A stretch of DNA of 64,000 nt from Hydrolagus affinis (Eukaryota): positions 1 to 64,000 of the forward strand of contig JAAILG010000968.1 in the NCBI GenBank assembly GCA_012026655.1, given 5' to 3'. Below, piece by piece: positions 13,160 through 25,489 of this stretch. Each line of letters begins with the position of its first letter. Within the stretch, counting starts at the first letter, position 1. Both the position numbers and the translations under genes were made by a program. The notes beneath the pieces are model-generated. The model was not told the origin of the DNA and searched no databases. It worked only from the letters and a program-made list of their open reading frames with translations.

Positions 13160-13400
13160 TCAGCCTGGTGCAGTCAGCATCAGGAGGTTGTACGTTCAAG
13201 CCCCATGTTGGGACTTTGAGCTGATACTTTAGCCTGACACTCCAATGCAATGATGGGGATGTGCTGCGGTGTTGTCCTTTGGATCAGACGTTAAGCCGAT
13301 GTCTCATCTGCAAATTGACTGCTGCGTTTCTCCTCAAAACACAGTAGCTACACTTTACAGTCAAACTCCATTGAGAAATTTGGGTGATTATATCTGAACA
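13160..13400 (+). mobile_element. SacSINE1-like SINE, internally deleted
   Basis: tRNA-like head ggttgtacgttcaagcccc, then ctgacactcc, tcctttggatcagacgttaagccga and caaattgactgctgcgtttc. Confidence 0.65.
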
Positions 13401-15024
13401 TTATTAATTAATATTACTCAGATATTTTTATGCAAACAGCGATGGTCAAGCACAAACTGTGTAAAATGAAGGAACGTGGGATTCCTAGTAAACAGAACAA
13501 TATTTCGCATAAAGCTTCACATGGCTTGAAGAGCTTCACAAAGCTCACTGAACACAGAAAAAAGGATGGAGAATTTGTGGCTGTTGACTAAAACATGATC
13601 AAAGAGATACATATTTAATAGGGTTTTGAAGGCAGAGTGAAAAGGCGAAGGGAAAGAGATTTCACAGAGAATTACAGAGAATGGGTTACAATGACGGAGA
13701 GTGCGATGGAAGGAATGAACAATAAACCAGAGTATTAACCAGACTCATGTCTTAGTAATAAAGCCAAAGATGCCTAGTTCCGGTAACAATAAAGTCACAA
13801 TGTGGAGGACAATAGTTACATTGGACAATGATGAATAATCTTTTCTGTAAATGAACATACAGTGTAAACTCGTTGCTCCCCTAATTTACTGTAAGGCAGT
13901 GTGAATTGTGCTACCTTTCTTTATTTTCTACATGAGAGACATGAACACCGCCATAATATTCATATACTGTTTCCACTGTTGAGCCTGTTAGCAAAGCAGC
14001 CAGTAGAATGCAACCCAAGGGGTGAATGATAACTCACTCATAGCTTTGGGCCATGCAAAGAAAGACTGCTCCAGTGACAATTGAAGGCATTGTATTGCCA
14101 TCTCGCCCAGGTTATAGCATCATTGAGATAGAGGAAATAGGTCTCTCTCCAGCTGGTGTGACAGGCTCAGCATATGCCAAGAAGATTAGCAGAGGAAATA
14201 TAGTGTTCAGAAGAAAAGACCAGTTATGCCAAGGTTGGCTTTGCTGCCATTAATGCTGGTCTCGGTAGAATTACGCAACACACAAAGCAATCGTGTTTCA
14301 ACATTTATTCTTTCTTTAGATGCCGTGAAGAAGCATACTTTGACGTGAAATGTAACCTTTGTATATAAATACATCTGCCTGCAAGTGGGATTCTGAAGCA
14401 TATTTAATGTACAATTATGTCCTAAAGGACTATTTTCTTAACTAGAAATTCGAGGAAATAAAACATTAATTTTTATTGCCAGTACTGACTATCTCTGAAC
14501 CACAGATAACAAAGCGAGCCGTAGCAGTGTAATTGAAAACCAATTAAATCAAGTAACATATTCAAGGGGCAACCAGAACGGCTGACTATTCTGGGCGGTA
14601 ACCAAGGCAATGGGAGATGAGCTGCAAAGCATATTGTTGACAGCTAAGAGAAGGCTTATGATCAGATACTCAGCTGGAAATTTCAGTGGAGTTAATAGTG
14701 GGAAAGGACAGCATTTGCTCAGTTATGATGTCCAATTCGCAGCCGAATGACGTACCAACAAATATTGTTTTCAGCCATGTTTAGGAACAGTCACCGAGTG
14801 AGGTGTTGGAGGACGACTAATACGCACAAACCAATCACCAGCATTGCCTCCAAGAGTGCAAAACAAGGGAAAGAATTGGTAATAATAATCCTTTTGGTGC
14901 AGAAACATATTTAGTAGATTGAGGAGCAAACTGCAACATGAGTTTAAAACTGTTTAATACTCATAACCAGTTTAGCCCAGTTCAGAATGTTGTGGGTTAA
15001 AGGTTGGAAATTTTAGCTTACAGT

Positions 15025-15310
15025 CTGAGCTGAAACTCCAGCGTAGTACTAGAGGAACACTGCATTGTCAGATAAACTGTCCTTTGAATGAGATGTTAAA
15101 TTAAGATATCCATCAGTTGGTTGTTAGATCCTATGACATTATTCAAAAGGAGAAGAGAGTTTTTCCTGGTTTCGTGGCTGACATTTCTTATGATAAATTG
15201 GTAACTGGTTGTCCACGGGACCTTACTGTGTGCAAATTGGCTTCTGTGTTTGCCTTCCAATAGACAATTAACAGTAATTGTGAAGTGCTTTAAGCCGTTT
15301 TGATGTTATG
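15025..15310 (+). mobile_element. SacSINE1-like Deu-domain SINE
   Basis: cactgcattgtcaga..tgagatgttaaa..gggaccttactgtgtgcaaattggct. Confidence 0.7.
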
Positions 15311-15620
15311 AAGACTTTTTTCAAAGCAGTTAATAGCATTAGATTTATTGTGTGAACAGACATATAATGTAACTGTATGGTGGGAGTCTGTTGAGCAGAC
15401 ATAACCTTTGTTGAAGCTTTGATATTTGAAAATATCTGTCAAATAGGTTTTCAATCATCTGTATGCCTACAATTGATGTTTTTAAACATTTCTGATGTTG
15501 AGCAATGCGATGAAACTTCAAAACCTTGAGTCACAAAACCTCCTATAATAAATAAAAACAACCACATACAAGATAGTGCAGGAGAATCGATGTTTTCAGA
15601 AGATGAACACGGGGAGAGGA

Positions 15621-16030
15621 TAATAATAATCCTTGCATTTGATCTTGTGCCTTTCACATTGAATTATCTGAAAGTGCTTCACAGACAATTGCTGTAATGT
15701 GTGCAGTGACTGTATATTTAAAGGCAGGGAAAGCAGCCAATTTGCCCTTAACATTGTTCCACAAACAATGATGAAGTGGTTTGTGTGATTGATTTCTAGC
15801 CAGAACTTCTCTTATCGAATAGTGGCACAGAATCACTGATGTTTATCCATATAGGAAGGGCAGGACTTCATTTTATTGTCCCACCCGAAGGACAGAATTG
15901 CTACTAATGCAGTGCTCCCTCCCCAGCACTGCACTGGAGCACCAATATAGACTTTTATCTCAAAGTCCTGATCTTGAAGCTTGAACCCACAATCTTCTGA
16001 CCCAAATGGAACCCTACCTTTCGGGTCTTT
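15621..16030 (-). mobile_element. SacSINE1-like Deu-domain SINE, near full length
   Basis: Tail ataatccttgcatttga, body cagcactgcactggag, head cttgaacccacaatcttctgac. Confidence 0.75.
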
Positions 16031-16681
16031 TGGATCATTTGAGCCAAGCTGTTGTTTGAGCTGATATTAGATGCTTGTCTAAATTGAAGAGGGACACTTG
16101 TGCAAATTAATCTCCAATAGGATGAATGATGAAACAGCCATGGTAAAGATTGTCCTATTCCTTGATCTGATCACTGTTTAGAGAACTGAAGTGTCTCTGA
16201 CACTTTAGAAAGCTGAAATCTATGAGCAATCTATTCAAGTTCCAAAATCAATAAGACAAAGCGAAGTGAATCCTGACATATTCATCAGATAATTAATTCT
16301 GCAAAGCGTATTTATTTCCTGTTTCTAATCGGTTGTCTATTATGTTTTGCTGTTTGGAAATTTGGGTTTAGAATGGGGTTAAAAGAAATATCTGCCAGAG
16401 TTAGAATGATTCAGTGTAGCTCTGTATTATTGAGTAGAGCAGTAGTGTGTTTACTTCTGCAGCTTGCAGGAGGAATGCAAGGACATAAATTGTGTAAATA
16501 GAACATAGTAGCCCGTTATCTCAGTTCTCCGAGGTGACGTTAGATTAAGGCTTTTGTTCTTGTCCTGTGTAAGAATAAGCATATTTTGTCCTGGTAGCTT
16601 TCATCTTAATCCTGTTTGAAGTACACATCTAGCCCTAAATCAGACCTTCCTGACGCCTCTTGGGGCCATAAAGAATATGTA

Positions 16682-16891
16682 CAGTAAAAGCCCGTTTATC
16701 CGGCATCCTTGGGACCTGGCCAATGCTGGTTAAAGTGCCTGCCAGATATTCAGCTGAAAATGCAAAAAAAAATTTAAACAATGGATTTTTCCGGATAAAT
16801 TCCAGTTAATTGAATGCGGACCTTTTTTTTTGTGATGCCAGTTATATGGAAGTTACGGTTGATCGGGTGCCGGATAAACGGGCTTTTACTG
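16682..16891. mobile_element. 210-bp non-autonomous Tc1/mariner-superfamily (pogo/Tigger-like) MITE
   Basis: Perfect 24-bp terminal inverted repeats CAGTAAAAGCCCGTTTATCCGGCA / TGCCGGATAAACGGGCTTTTACTG, with TA on both sides. Confidence 0.93.
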
Positions 16892-17270
16892 TATTTATTT
16901 AGAGACTCTGCCATATCTTTATCCTCCATTATAATTCCTCCTGTCTCTGCCAGTAATGAACCCACATTTACTTTTGCTAGTCTATTCCTCTTGATGTATT
17001 CATAAAAACTCTTACAATCTGATTTAATGTTCCTAGCTAGCTTGCCCTCATAATCCATTTTCTCATTTTTAATGAGCTTTTTGGTTTTTCTTTGTTGGTC
17101 CCTAAAACACTCTCAGTCCTCAGGTTTGCTGCTCTTTTGGGCAGTTTTATAGGCCTTTTCTTTTAGTTGTATACTTTCCCTAACCGCTCTAGTTAGCCAC
17201 AGATGAACTCAAACTTCTATCTTAATTCCACTTACCCACCCTAGCTCCACATCCTTCAATACCTTTATAT
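16892..17270 (-). mobile_element. CR1 LINE ORF2 fragment (tether region) with a short adjacent CR1 3' UTR piece
   Basis: YEGKLARNIKSDCKSFYEYIKRNRLAKVNVGSL..GGIIMEDKDMAESLNKY is typical CR1 ORF2 between the endonuclease and RT. Confidence 0.9.
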
Positions 17271-17287
17271 ATTACAAAAAGGACTCA

Positions 17288-17470
17288 AACAACAACAAAG
17301 TTACACTTGTATAGCGCCTTTCACTTCGGGAGGACGTCCCACAATGCTGAACAGTTAGTTCGGGACCCAAGCAGTGGTGGGAGGGTCGGGTTAGGGGAAG
17401 GAGAGTAGGGGAAGGGGAAGAGTTAGGAGGGGAGCTGAAGACACGATCAAAGAGGAAGGTCTTTATGGAT
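17288..17470 (-). mobile_element. L2 LINE 3' end
   Basis: (AAC)n, cttgtatagcgcctttcac..ggacgtccca, purine-rich UTR, gatcaaagaggaaggtcttta (KTFLFD on the minus strand). Confidence 0.85.
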
Positions 17471-18089
17471 GAATTTCTCACACACTGTTTCATCATTTTG
17501 AGGTTGGACGAGGAGACTCCTTTCTGTCGGTTGTTGTTTGGCTGGGATCTCCTTGGATATTCAGAAGTTGACCTGAAGCACATCCAAGCGACCTTGCTTC
17601 ACCTCAGTCATCAATCAAAGGTACGTCTGAAACTTGCACCGTTTTTCTTTCCTTCGGGCTCTAGCACCTTGGGATTCGTGGAACATCAGGTGAGTGTAAT
17701 AGTGGAAACCTTATGGTGGCAACTAAAGCTATTACACTTTTTTTCTCTCTCTTTGGCATTTTTCTACACTCCAGAGGTTTGGCAACACTATGTGGACTCC
17801 ATGCAGGATATCCGATATCTGAACACATATGAGCCAATCTCTGGATCACATTGTAGGTCGAGATGGGAAGTTGTTAAGAACAGAGGCTGAAGTTTGAAGG
17901 GGACAGGACGAGGGAGATGTTGTTAGATTAATGTGTAGCTCACAGAACGGGTTGACAATAGAATTGGTGAGCACGGAATGTAGGAACACAGACATTGAGG
18001 TTATCCACTGTAGTAGGCACTGTAAGATGAGGCTTACTCATTTCTGTTACAACAGTTTGTGCTGAGAGAGTGAAGGTGCCAGAAAGGTT

Positions 18090-18349
18090 GTGTCAGCCAG
18101 CCAGCCAGTCAGCGAGCCAGCCAGCCAGCCAGTGGAGTCAGTTGGCTCCACCCCCTTGCCACGGGCCTCCCAACCTGGAGTCAGTTGGCGGCCAGCCGGT
18201 GGAGTCAGTCGATGGATATTCGGCCGAAAAAAAAAATTAATGCATTTTTCCGGATAAATTCCGGTTAATTGAATTTGGACTTTTTTTTTGCGCTGCCAGT
18301 TAGACGGAAGTTACGGTTGATCGGGTGTCAGATAAACAGACTTTTACTG
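18090..18349. mobile_element. partial second copy of the Tigger-like MITE (right end), preceded by (CAGC)n and GGAGTCAGT repeats
   Basis: About 18214-18349 aligns with about 16745-16891, including a degenerate right TIR ending ttttactg followed by TA; no left TIR found. Confidence 0.85.
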
Positions 18350-18570
18350 TATTCTGTTCCGATATGATTTATGATTGAGGCTTGAGAAGGGATCCTGTGC
18401 AATTGATATAAAACTCATATTACTTGTGAAGTCTTGAGTTCACAGATACATCACTAGTCACAAAATGTTGCTTTTGACACTGGAGAGCACATACGTCTTC
18501 AAACAGTGGCCGTTTCATTCGTAAGCCGTTGTGTGATCTACGAGCATGTTTCAGATTGAAGCCAAGAATT

Positions 18571-18690
18571 GAGGAGTCCTGAAGCTTAGTGGTTAGAGCA
18601 CTCGCCTCGCAAGCGAAAGGATCTGGTTTGATTCCTGGGCAGGATGAAATGTTGAGGTGATAAGTCACTATATACATGCAAGGATTATAA
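18571..18690 (+). mobile_element. family A SINE with head joined almost directly to tail
   Basis: ggagtcctgaagcttagtggttagagcactcgcc..tttgattcctgggcaggatgaaatgttg followed at once by gtgataagtcactatatacatgcaaggatt. Confidence 0.75.
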
Positions 18691-21600
18691 TTGTTATTGA
18701 GAATATATCGTGTTTTTAAGTAAGAGAAGGATATTTTAAGAAAATTGAAATCACTAAAGTTTCATTTCCTGAAATGAGTATTCAAAGCATAGTTACACAT
18801 GCAGGTAAATAACCCATTAAATACAGCTTGTCCTCCTATCTGTGAATGTGTATTGGTTTTGTTTGTTTCTACCTGTTGCATTTTATTTTCTCATTTATAT
18901 TTGGGTCATGCGAATAAATGCCAGTATAGCATTATTACAGTTGGCCTTTGTTTTCATCATGGACTGTTTCAAGAGACTGTCGGAGATGAGACGATGACAA
19001 ATCCTACGGCAAATTGCTATCAATCTAATTGATAATACTCGAAGCTGGAGTAGCTCATCGGTGACAGAAAGAGAGTGAGTGCTGCAAAAAGCAGGGAGGT
19101 GAGGTGAGTCTGCACGATTAGTTGTGAGACCAACTCAGGGAAGCTGCAAAATCAAGTGATTGGACTGTTTGGCGATGCCTGCAATTTGGGGAATGGTGAA
19201 AAGGTCTGAGATGATGTACGAAGGAGATCAAGGCAAATGAACAATGGAGCATGTTACGGACCATCATTAAAAAGAGTGTAGCTATTTACAACCCTTTTTT
19301 TTCATACAAAGTGGATGGACTCGGTCCTTATGAATTATTTTCATTGAAGTTTCATTACCAGTGTCCATTTAAGCACTTAATAGAATTGATGAATATGTGG
19401 GAAATAATTGATACCTGAAAGTGATTACAGGGTGTAATCTAATCAAGTGGTTAGATGATGTCATGCAACATGAGAGTGAAGTTTCACCAGTTTATCTGCT
19501 GAATCCTAAAATTACATTATAGCCTCAGTTTTGCATCTACAAAAGGATATTGATGTTTTTAATCTAGTGTTGATTTGCAGGATTTATGATGGTATATATG
19601 TGCAGGAGGTTTAATAAAATTCTAATTATCTAAAAGTACATTGTATAGCGAGAATTATTTTGCTTCACACAAATATTATTTTTAAATGAAGCTTTTGGAG
19701 AAATGGTTATGATACATGTTAATAAAAATAATTGTTTGCCAGAAAATTGAACATCAAGTTCAGAAATAATTAAATATCGAATGTTCGAAACATGTTATTT
19801 TTTACTATTAGATCAATTAAGCTTGGTGGGGGAATGATAGAAACAAAGATTTGCTAATTAGCTGTTGTGAATGTGTAGATTTCATTTAAGCGTTTAGATA
19901 AAAAAGGTAATATTTAGCTGGAATAGCCATAATCACAATAATTTTGCATTGATATAGTGCCATTCGTGGATAATACTTAGGACAGCATCAGATGCTGAGC
20001 TAAGGAGGAGAGGGAGGGTGGGAAGAAGGAGAAAGAGGAAGACCGTAGGCAAACAGTTCTGTTTTTCCATCAAATTCATTCACTGCCTAACTTTAGCTTA
20101 GTCTCTCACCCATGCGTTTCAGAATTTTATGTGGGATTACATAAAAGACTAAAGCAATGAAACAGGCCTTTTCACTCAACTAGTCCTCACCACTGATTAT
20201 ACTCCACATCAGCCTCCAGCCCTCCTCATTCCCTTTTACATATTGCTCTATTCCCTTCTCCCTCTTGTTGGAAGGGAATTCTTCATCCAGATCAATCTTG
20301 TGATCCTGTATGCAAGGACCTAGAATATTAGGTTCACTTGACGTAAGTGAGGCCATTGTATTAAAGCATGTACAATGTCATACAAACCAAGATGGGATGG
20401 GACTACTCAACTGGGTTGTACAAATGGGACACATAGATGGAGGAACTTGTCTCTTCATTATAACTTCATTATTTTCCTTTGTTTGTCCAGGTCAGCCCAG
20501 GATCGTGATGGTATTCATATCCACTCATTAGTTCTCAGAATCTTTAACACAAATCTCTGTTTCTATCAAATGAAAGTCTATGTTTTGGTTTGATTGTTCA
20601 CTCTGCTTTATCATGTTGAAACATCTTAAAACATTTCACAGGCAATTTCTGTCAAGTGCAGTGACTGTCAGTAATCCAAGACACTATCATGCGTATCAAT
20701 ACAAGTTGTTTTGTTTTTTTGCAAGACAAAACATTGTAATTAATCCCATTCAATCCTATTGTTCCTACGATAAAAGTATGAAATGAGGTATAGGATTAAT
20801 TAGTCTCATCTAGCAGAGATAAAAAATATTTTGTCTGAACAATGCGCCTAAAACATTAATGCACGATTTATCATCTGAGTGTGCTGGCTGGAAAGAAGGG
20901 GAGGGTTGCGTTCGCTTGTAATATGTTTAAGATAACTTTACGCATAGCTCAACTGCAGAAAAAAATGAGCAAGAGATGAAGGATTATTCCAAGCAGAACA
21001 ATAGTAATAAATCTGCAGTTCTCACCGGTGCTGAAGCTATACACCAGAGAAGGCAAGTTAGTCATTCCAAATTGCGTTTGATGCACTAACTTCTTCCACA
21101 TGTTCCAGTTAGTAATCATTTTCCATTCACACCAACTTTTGAAAGAGCGAAACATCCACGACTGCTATGATCTCATGGCCGGTGGAGTCTCAAAGTAAAA
21201 TATCACCCACCGCACTATTCCAACTTGTGGTGCCACCTCTGCCTCTCCATCTGCTCCTCGGTCTCCCCTTGCCTCCTTTTGGAGGTCCATTCCTTGCAAT
21301 CCTACACTTGTGCGTTCCTGTGTGCTGACTTGCTAAACTACTACCAATTCTGCGACTGTATCGTTCTTACAGTGCATCCTAATGAGGCTTCAAAAACCCT
21401 CTGCTCCCACCACAAAGGAAGAAAACCAAACAGGCTTTGATCCAATAAACCAAACCAGCTGAAATGTCATTGTGTTGGTTTACCTCAGTGTTATAATGTC
21501 CCTCTAAAGAACACTTCTCATCATACTTTCTTTATTGAATTCTTCTATTTCTTCCGAATATGTCACCTCTAGTTAGACACAGGGAATCCACAGATCTGTG

Positions 21601-23735
21601 TAAAGATACCTATGTTGCTTTCACTCTAACCAGCCCTCAAAACAGTAATGATTTTATACAACAATTTTACCGCAGACGCTAATGAGATATTGAAAGGCAA
21701 AAGCAGACAGGAAGCTAATTTGGAACAAATGCATTAATGAAAGGCTTGCAGTGAGTTTTTTTTATTCAATGGCACTGCAATGCAGCAGTGGCGATGAATA
21801 ATAACATGAAATCATGACGTAAATCATCAATCTGATCAAAGTAGCAGTGGCACTGTCAATTTTAACTGTGCTTGGTGCTAACGGGAATGGATTTTGTTAG
21901 TTAACATGAGCCTGGGTTGATCATTCGAACAGTGTGGAGCAAAAGGACTCGAAGAGCAGGATTCACTGCCCTTAATTTCTCCATTTTATTGTTTTTACAT
22001 CTTCCTGATCAAAAAAGAGAAGCTTTGTCTTATTTGATCTCCGTGTTGCAGAATGCCAGCTGCCCTTTTCACTTTGACACCTATATAACAATGACAATAG
22101 CTTTTGACTTCTCTTCTCTAAGCAAAAAGAAAGTTGGGAGATAATCCCCCCAAAATTTTAAATCAGAGAGTGCCTGAAATGATTCAGTCATCAATACTTT
22201 AAATAGAAACTTGAATTTCTTTCCCCTGCTTGCATTAAAAAAAAGCCACTGTTTCAAATGGGCTGTTTTTGAATAACAAGTCAGTTGTTTAATTAACAAT
22301 GACATGAATGAGCACAGGTGATACCAGGGTATCTCTCCATCATTGACACACAATGAAATCGAAGGTTGCCTCATTGGCAACCTTATTTATTGTTCCTGTT
22401 TGTTCAATCAAGGTCATTGTGATGGAAAATGTTATATTGTTAGAGAAAACTGAACAGTTTTAATCTGCAGTCAAGCCCTGTTATAAGACACAATACTTGG
22501 TGGGTGGGAGGGTCCATAAAATTCCAACCTATTTTAGAATTCGCTTAATTTGGGGTGTTTTCCATTAATTTGCAAAGTGTTGCTTAAAGGATCGTGTGCA
22601 GCCTGCCACATAACTAGGTAAGTTGGCAACTGATAACTCACCAAAATGTGCATGCACACTGGCCATACATTATCTATGGCAATGGTATGTAACACTGGTC
22701 ACACATTTACACCCTGTGCACATTGCCCAAAAGACAAGATTGATACTTTCTCCTTCTGTGGTCAACCACTGACACAATCCAAATGCCTTGTCATTCAGAA
22801 GATTGGCATTTTCCGTTACGACACAATGGCATTTACATCAAAGGCAGTTTAGGTTGTACGAGCCATTCAACTCCCAGACACAGTTTTAGTTGAATGCATG
22901 ATGGAAACAAGTAAGTGTTTCAGCAGCCACATATTGACCACACAATTTGCTCCACTGGAATCCTTCCAAAATGACAGAGGGAGCATGAAAACCACTGAAT
23001 TTCATTCAGTCACATGGCAGTCGTACATTTCTGAATGGAGAGATACTGCACATTAGGTTTAGGTTAGGAATCTTTGACACAGTGAATAGAGTTTTCATCT
23101 AGGTGGAGCGTGCAGAGGCTTGGGGAGGGCGGGAGGGAAATTGATGTTCAATGTAATTTCTCAGGTTAAGAGAATGTCAAAGGAGATGCCATGATGTTGA
23201 TGGTGGATGGACAATAGATAGGCTTTCAGCCCAGGAGAGGATCATGAGGGAAACTGATGATGGATCACTAGCTGATTTGCTCCCTAAGAATTAAGAGTAG
23301 ATCTCTAACATGTTCCTCCTTGGAAGCAATCGTATGTGTAGACGATTTGGAAATTGGATATCCAAGGAACGTTTAACAAAAAACACACAAAAAAAAATTC
23401 TACTTGATTCACCAGTCTTTTCGCCTCCACATCGTTAAAGATATATCGTGTTGTAAAATATTTTTGTAGGTAAAATGTGGCAACCAATTGCGCACAGCAG
23501 CTTCGCATAAACAATCATAGATAATGCAACACATTATGGAACTATTGGTCAGAAAGAGCCAGGAACTTGAATCTGGGTTTGGAGACCCGTGGAAATGTAC
23601 CTCACCTGATTGATCACTTTTCTTTCTCATCCGGATCAGACTAATCCTCAGCAAAACAAACAAGCAGCCTTTTGTTTTATTCTGCATTGAAAATCTGGAT
23701 TCAATTGTATAGCATTTTGTTTTGTTTTTTTGCAG

Positions 23736-23774
23736 ATTTTCAGGAAAGGTCGCTTACAGTGCTACAATTGCAAG
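23736..23774 (+). other. candidate 39-nt exon, gene unassigned
   Basis: Acceptor ttttgttttgtttttttgcag, donor AAG|GTAAGT; length is a multiple of 3 and all three frames are open; peptide not recognised. Confidence 0.4.
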
Positions 23775-24277
23775 GTAAGTAAGTTGTAACCTTGAGAAAG
23801 AAAATCAGATGTAATATTAATAAAGGCTTGGAAAAAATGTGTTGGTGTAATAGCTTAATCTGTCCTCCAGCAACTATAATTGGCAAGTGATGGTTAGATC
23901 TGTGTGAACTTTTGTGTACATGGGGCAGAGATCCAGGCAGTGATATGATCTGAGGATCAAGATGCACTGAGACGAGACTGAATGTGCGAAGCGTTGTCTC
24001 TGATACTGTGTAACAAACACACAAACAAAAGAACAGCAATAAGAACCAATCTGCTTGTAAATCTGTGGGTAAAAAATGTGCACACCCTTATAAAATACCT
24101 TCTTCTAAGTTTCAAGTCCAGATCGAAGGAGGAAACAAAGAAAGAGATGTGTCTATTTTAAATGACAGCAACATTTTAACGACAAGATGTGAGTCACTGT
24201 TAGTAATTCAAAAATAATTTAGTAAAATAATTGCTGTGATTGATTTTTCAGGTCTGGAGATCGCATTCTACACTTAC

Positions 24278-24439
24278 ATCTGACAAGTCTCTCGCTGAAC
24301 ATTTCTAAAGGTGATGGGAATGGCTTTATAAAAGTCTCATTAATCAACGTGAAGTATTCTGCATGGTTCTTGACTCTGTCTTTAAAATTTTGAAGGAATG
24401 TGTTCACTGCTCTTAGCAGCTCCTCTCTCTGTTCACAAA
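24278..24439 (-). other. candidate 162-nt coding exon (phase 1-1), gene unassigned
   Basis: Acceptor cctttgtgttcctgcag, donor AT|GTAAGT; single open frame CEQREELLRAVNTFLQNFKDRVKNHAEYFTLINETFIKPFPSPLEMFSERLVR. Confidence 0.33.
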
Positions 24440-25489
24440 CTGCAGGAACACAAAGGATTTCCATCAAGGATCATCTTCAACCAACACTCCAGCAAATATT
24501 CTGATAGATTTTTTTTTGCAAATATAGAATTTCATAACAAGAAATGATCAATAGTTATCAAGAAGCTTTTTAATTGGCATAATTTATATAACCAATAAAC
24601 TGTTCTAAGTTTAACCTCGAGGTATATGTTACCTGCACTATTTCGGTAATTCTTTCTTAAAGATATTACTGACATTTTGGAAATAGATTAATATCTCATT
24701 ATATTTAGAACCCTTTTAGGATTTCTTTTATAGAATCAACAGTTAATCAATGAAAATGCCTTTCAACTTATTATATTCTGCACTGGAGGCAGAAGTGAAC
24801 AAATTAAAAACATTATACTGATTTCAAATAAATCTTATTTATAGCGAAAGGCTGCTGTCACCTAAGGATCTGTGCCTTTAACAGAAGCCTTATTCTTAAG
24901 GGGAAGAAAGGAAATCCTTGGGGAGTAACTCCATTTAAGTCTCCATTTACTTGGAGTCTAAATCATTGAATCATAGAATTATACATCACAGAAGGACGCC
25001 ATTTGGCCCATTGTGTCAAAAAATCTGCCAAATTTCTGGACTCTCGGAAATACTTCAAAAATAGCGTAAATCTAGACCCAGGTGGAATTTCTACCACTTA
25101 AGAGGGCAGAATGTTAACAATCAACTGTGCATTTTTATAAAAAAACATACTTTCTGTTTTATTTGTTAATCACTTTGTAATGATGCGAAGAGTGGATATC
25201 ATCATTTAGGTTAGTGCTGCTATGGTTACATCTAAGTCATGTATTAGAGAAGTACCTAGTTTTTTATTCAAACATTAAAATGTTTGTCAATTATCTTTCA
25301 TGTATCCAGGCACTTTAACAGTATACTATTTCCGATACCCCAAGTCATTTTACTACTGGCGTTTCTGAAGGCAGTACGGAATTATCATTCCTGAAAATGA
25401 AAAGCCAAGGTTTTATTTTGTTAATAGTCAACACACATGGGTTGCATTTAGAAAGAAAGTCACATCCTATCGGCTGCCATTACAGTCTC

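Noticed and set aside
17465-17890. 141-aa ORF
   Set aside because: Starts inside an L2 remnant and has no recognisable domain; internal splice-like sites give no coherent peptide
21015-21035. REST/RE1 site (TTCAGCACC on the minus strand)
   Set aside because: Only the left half matches; the GGACAG half is absent
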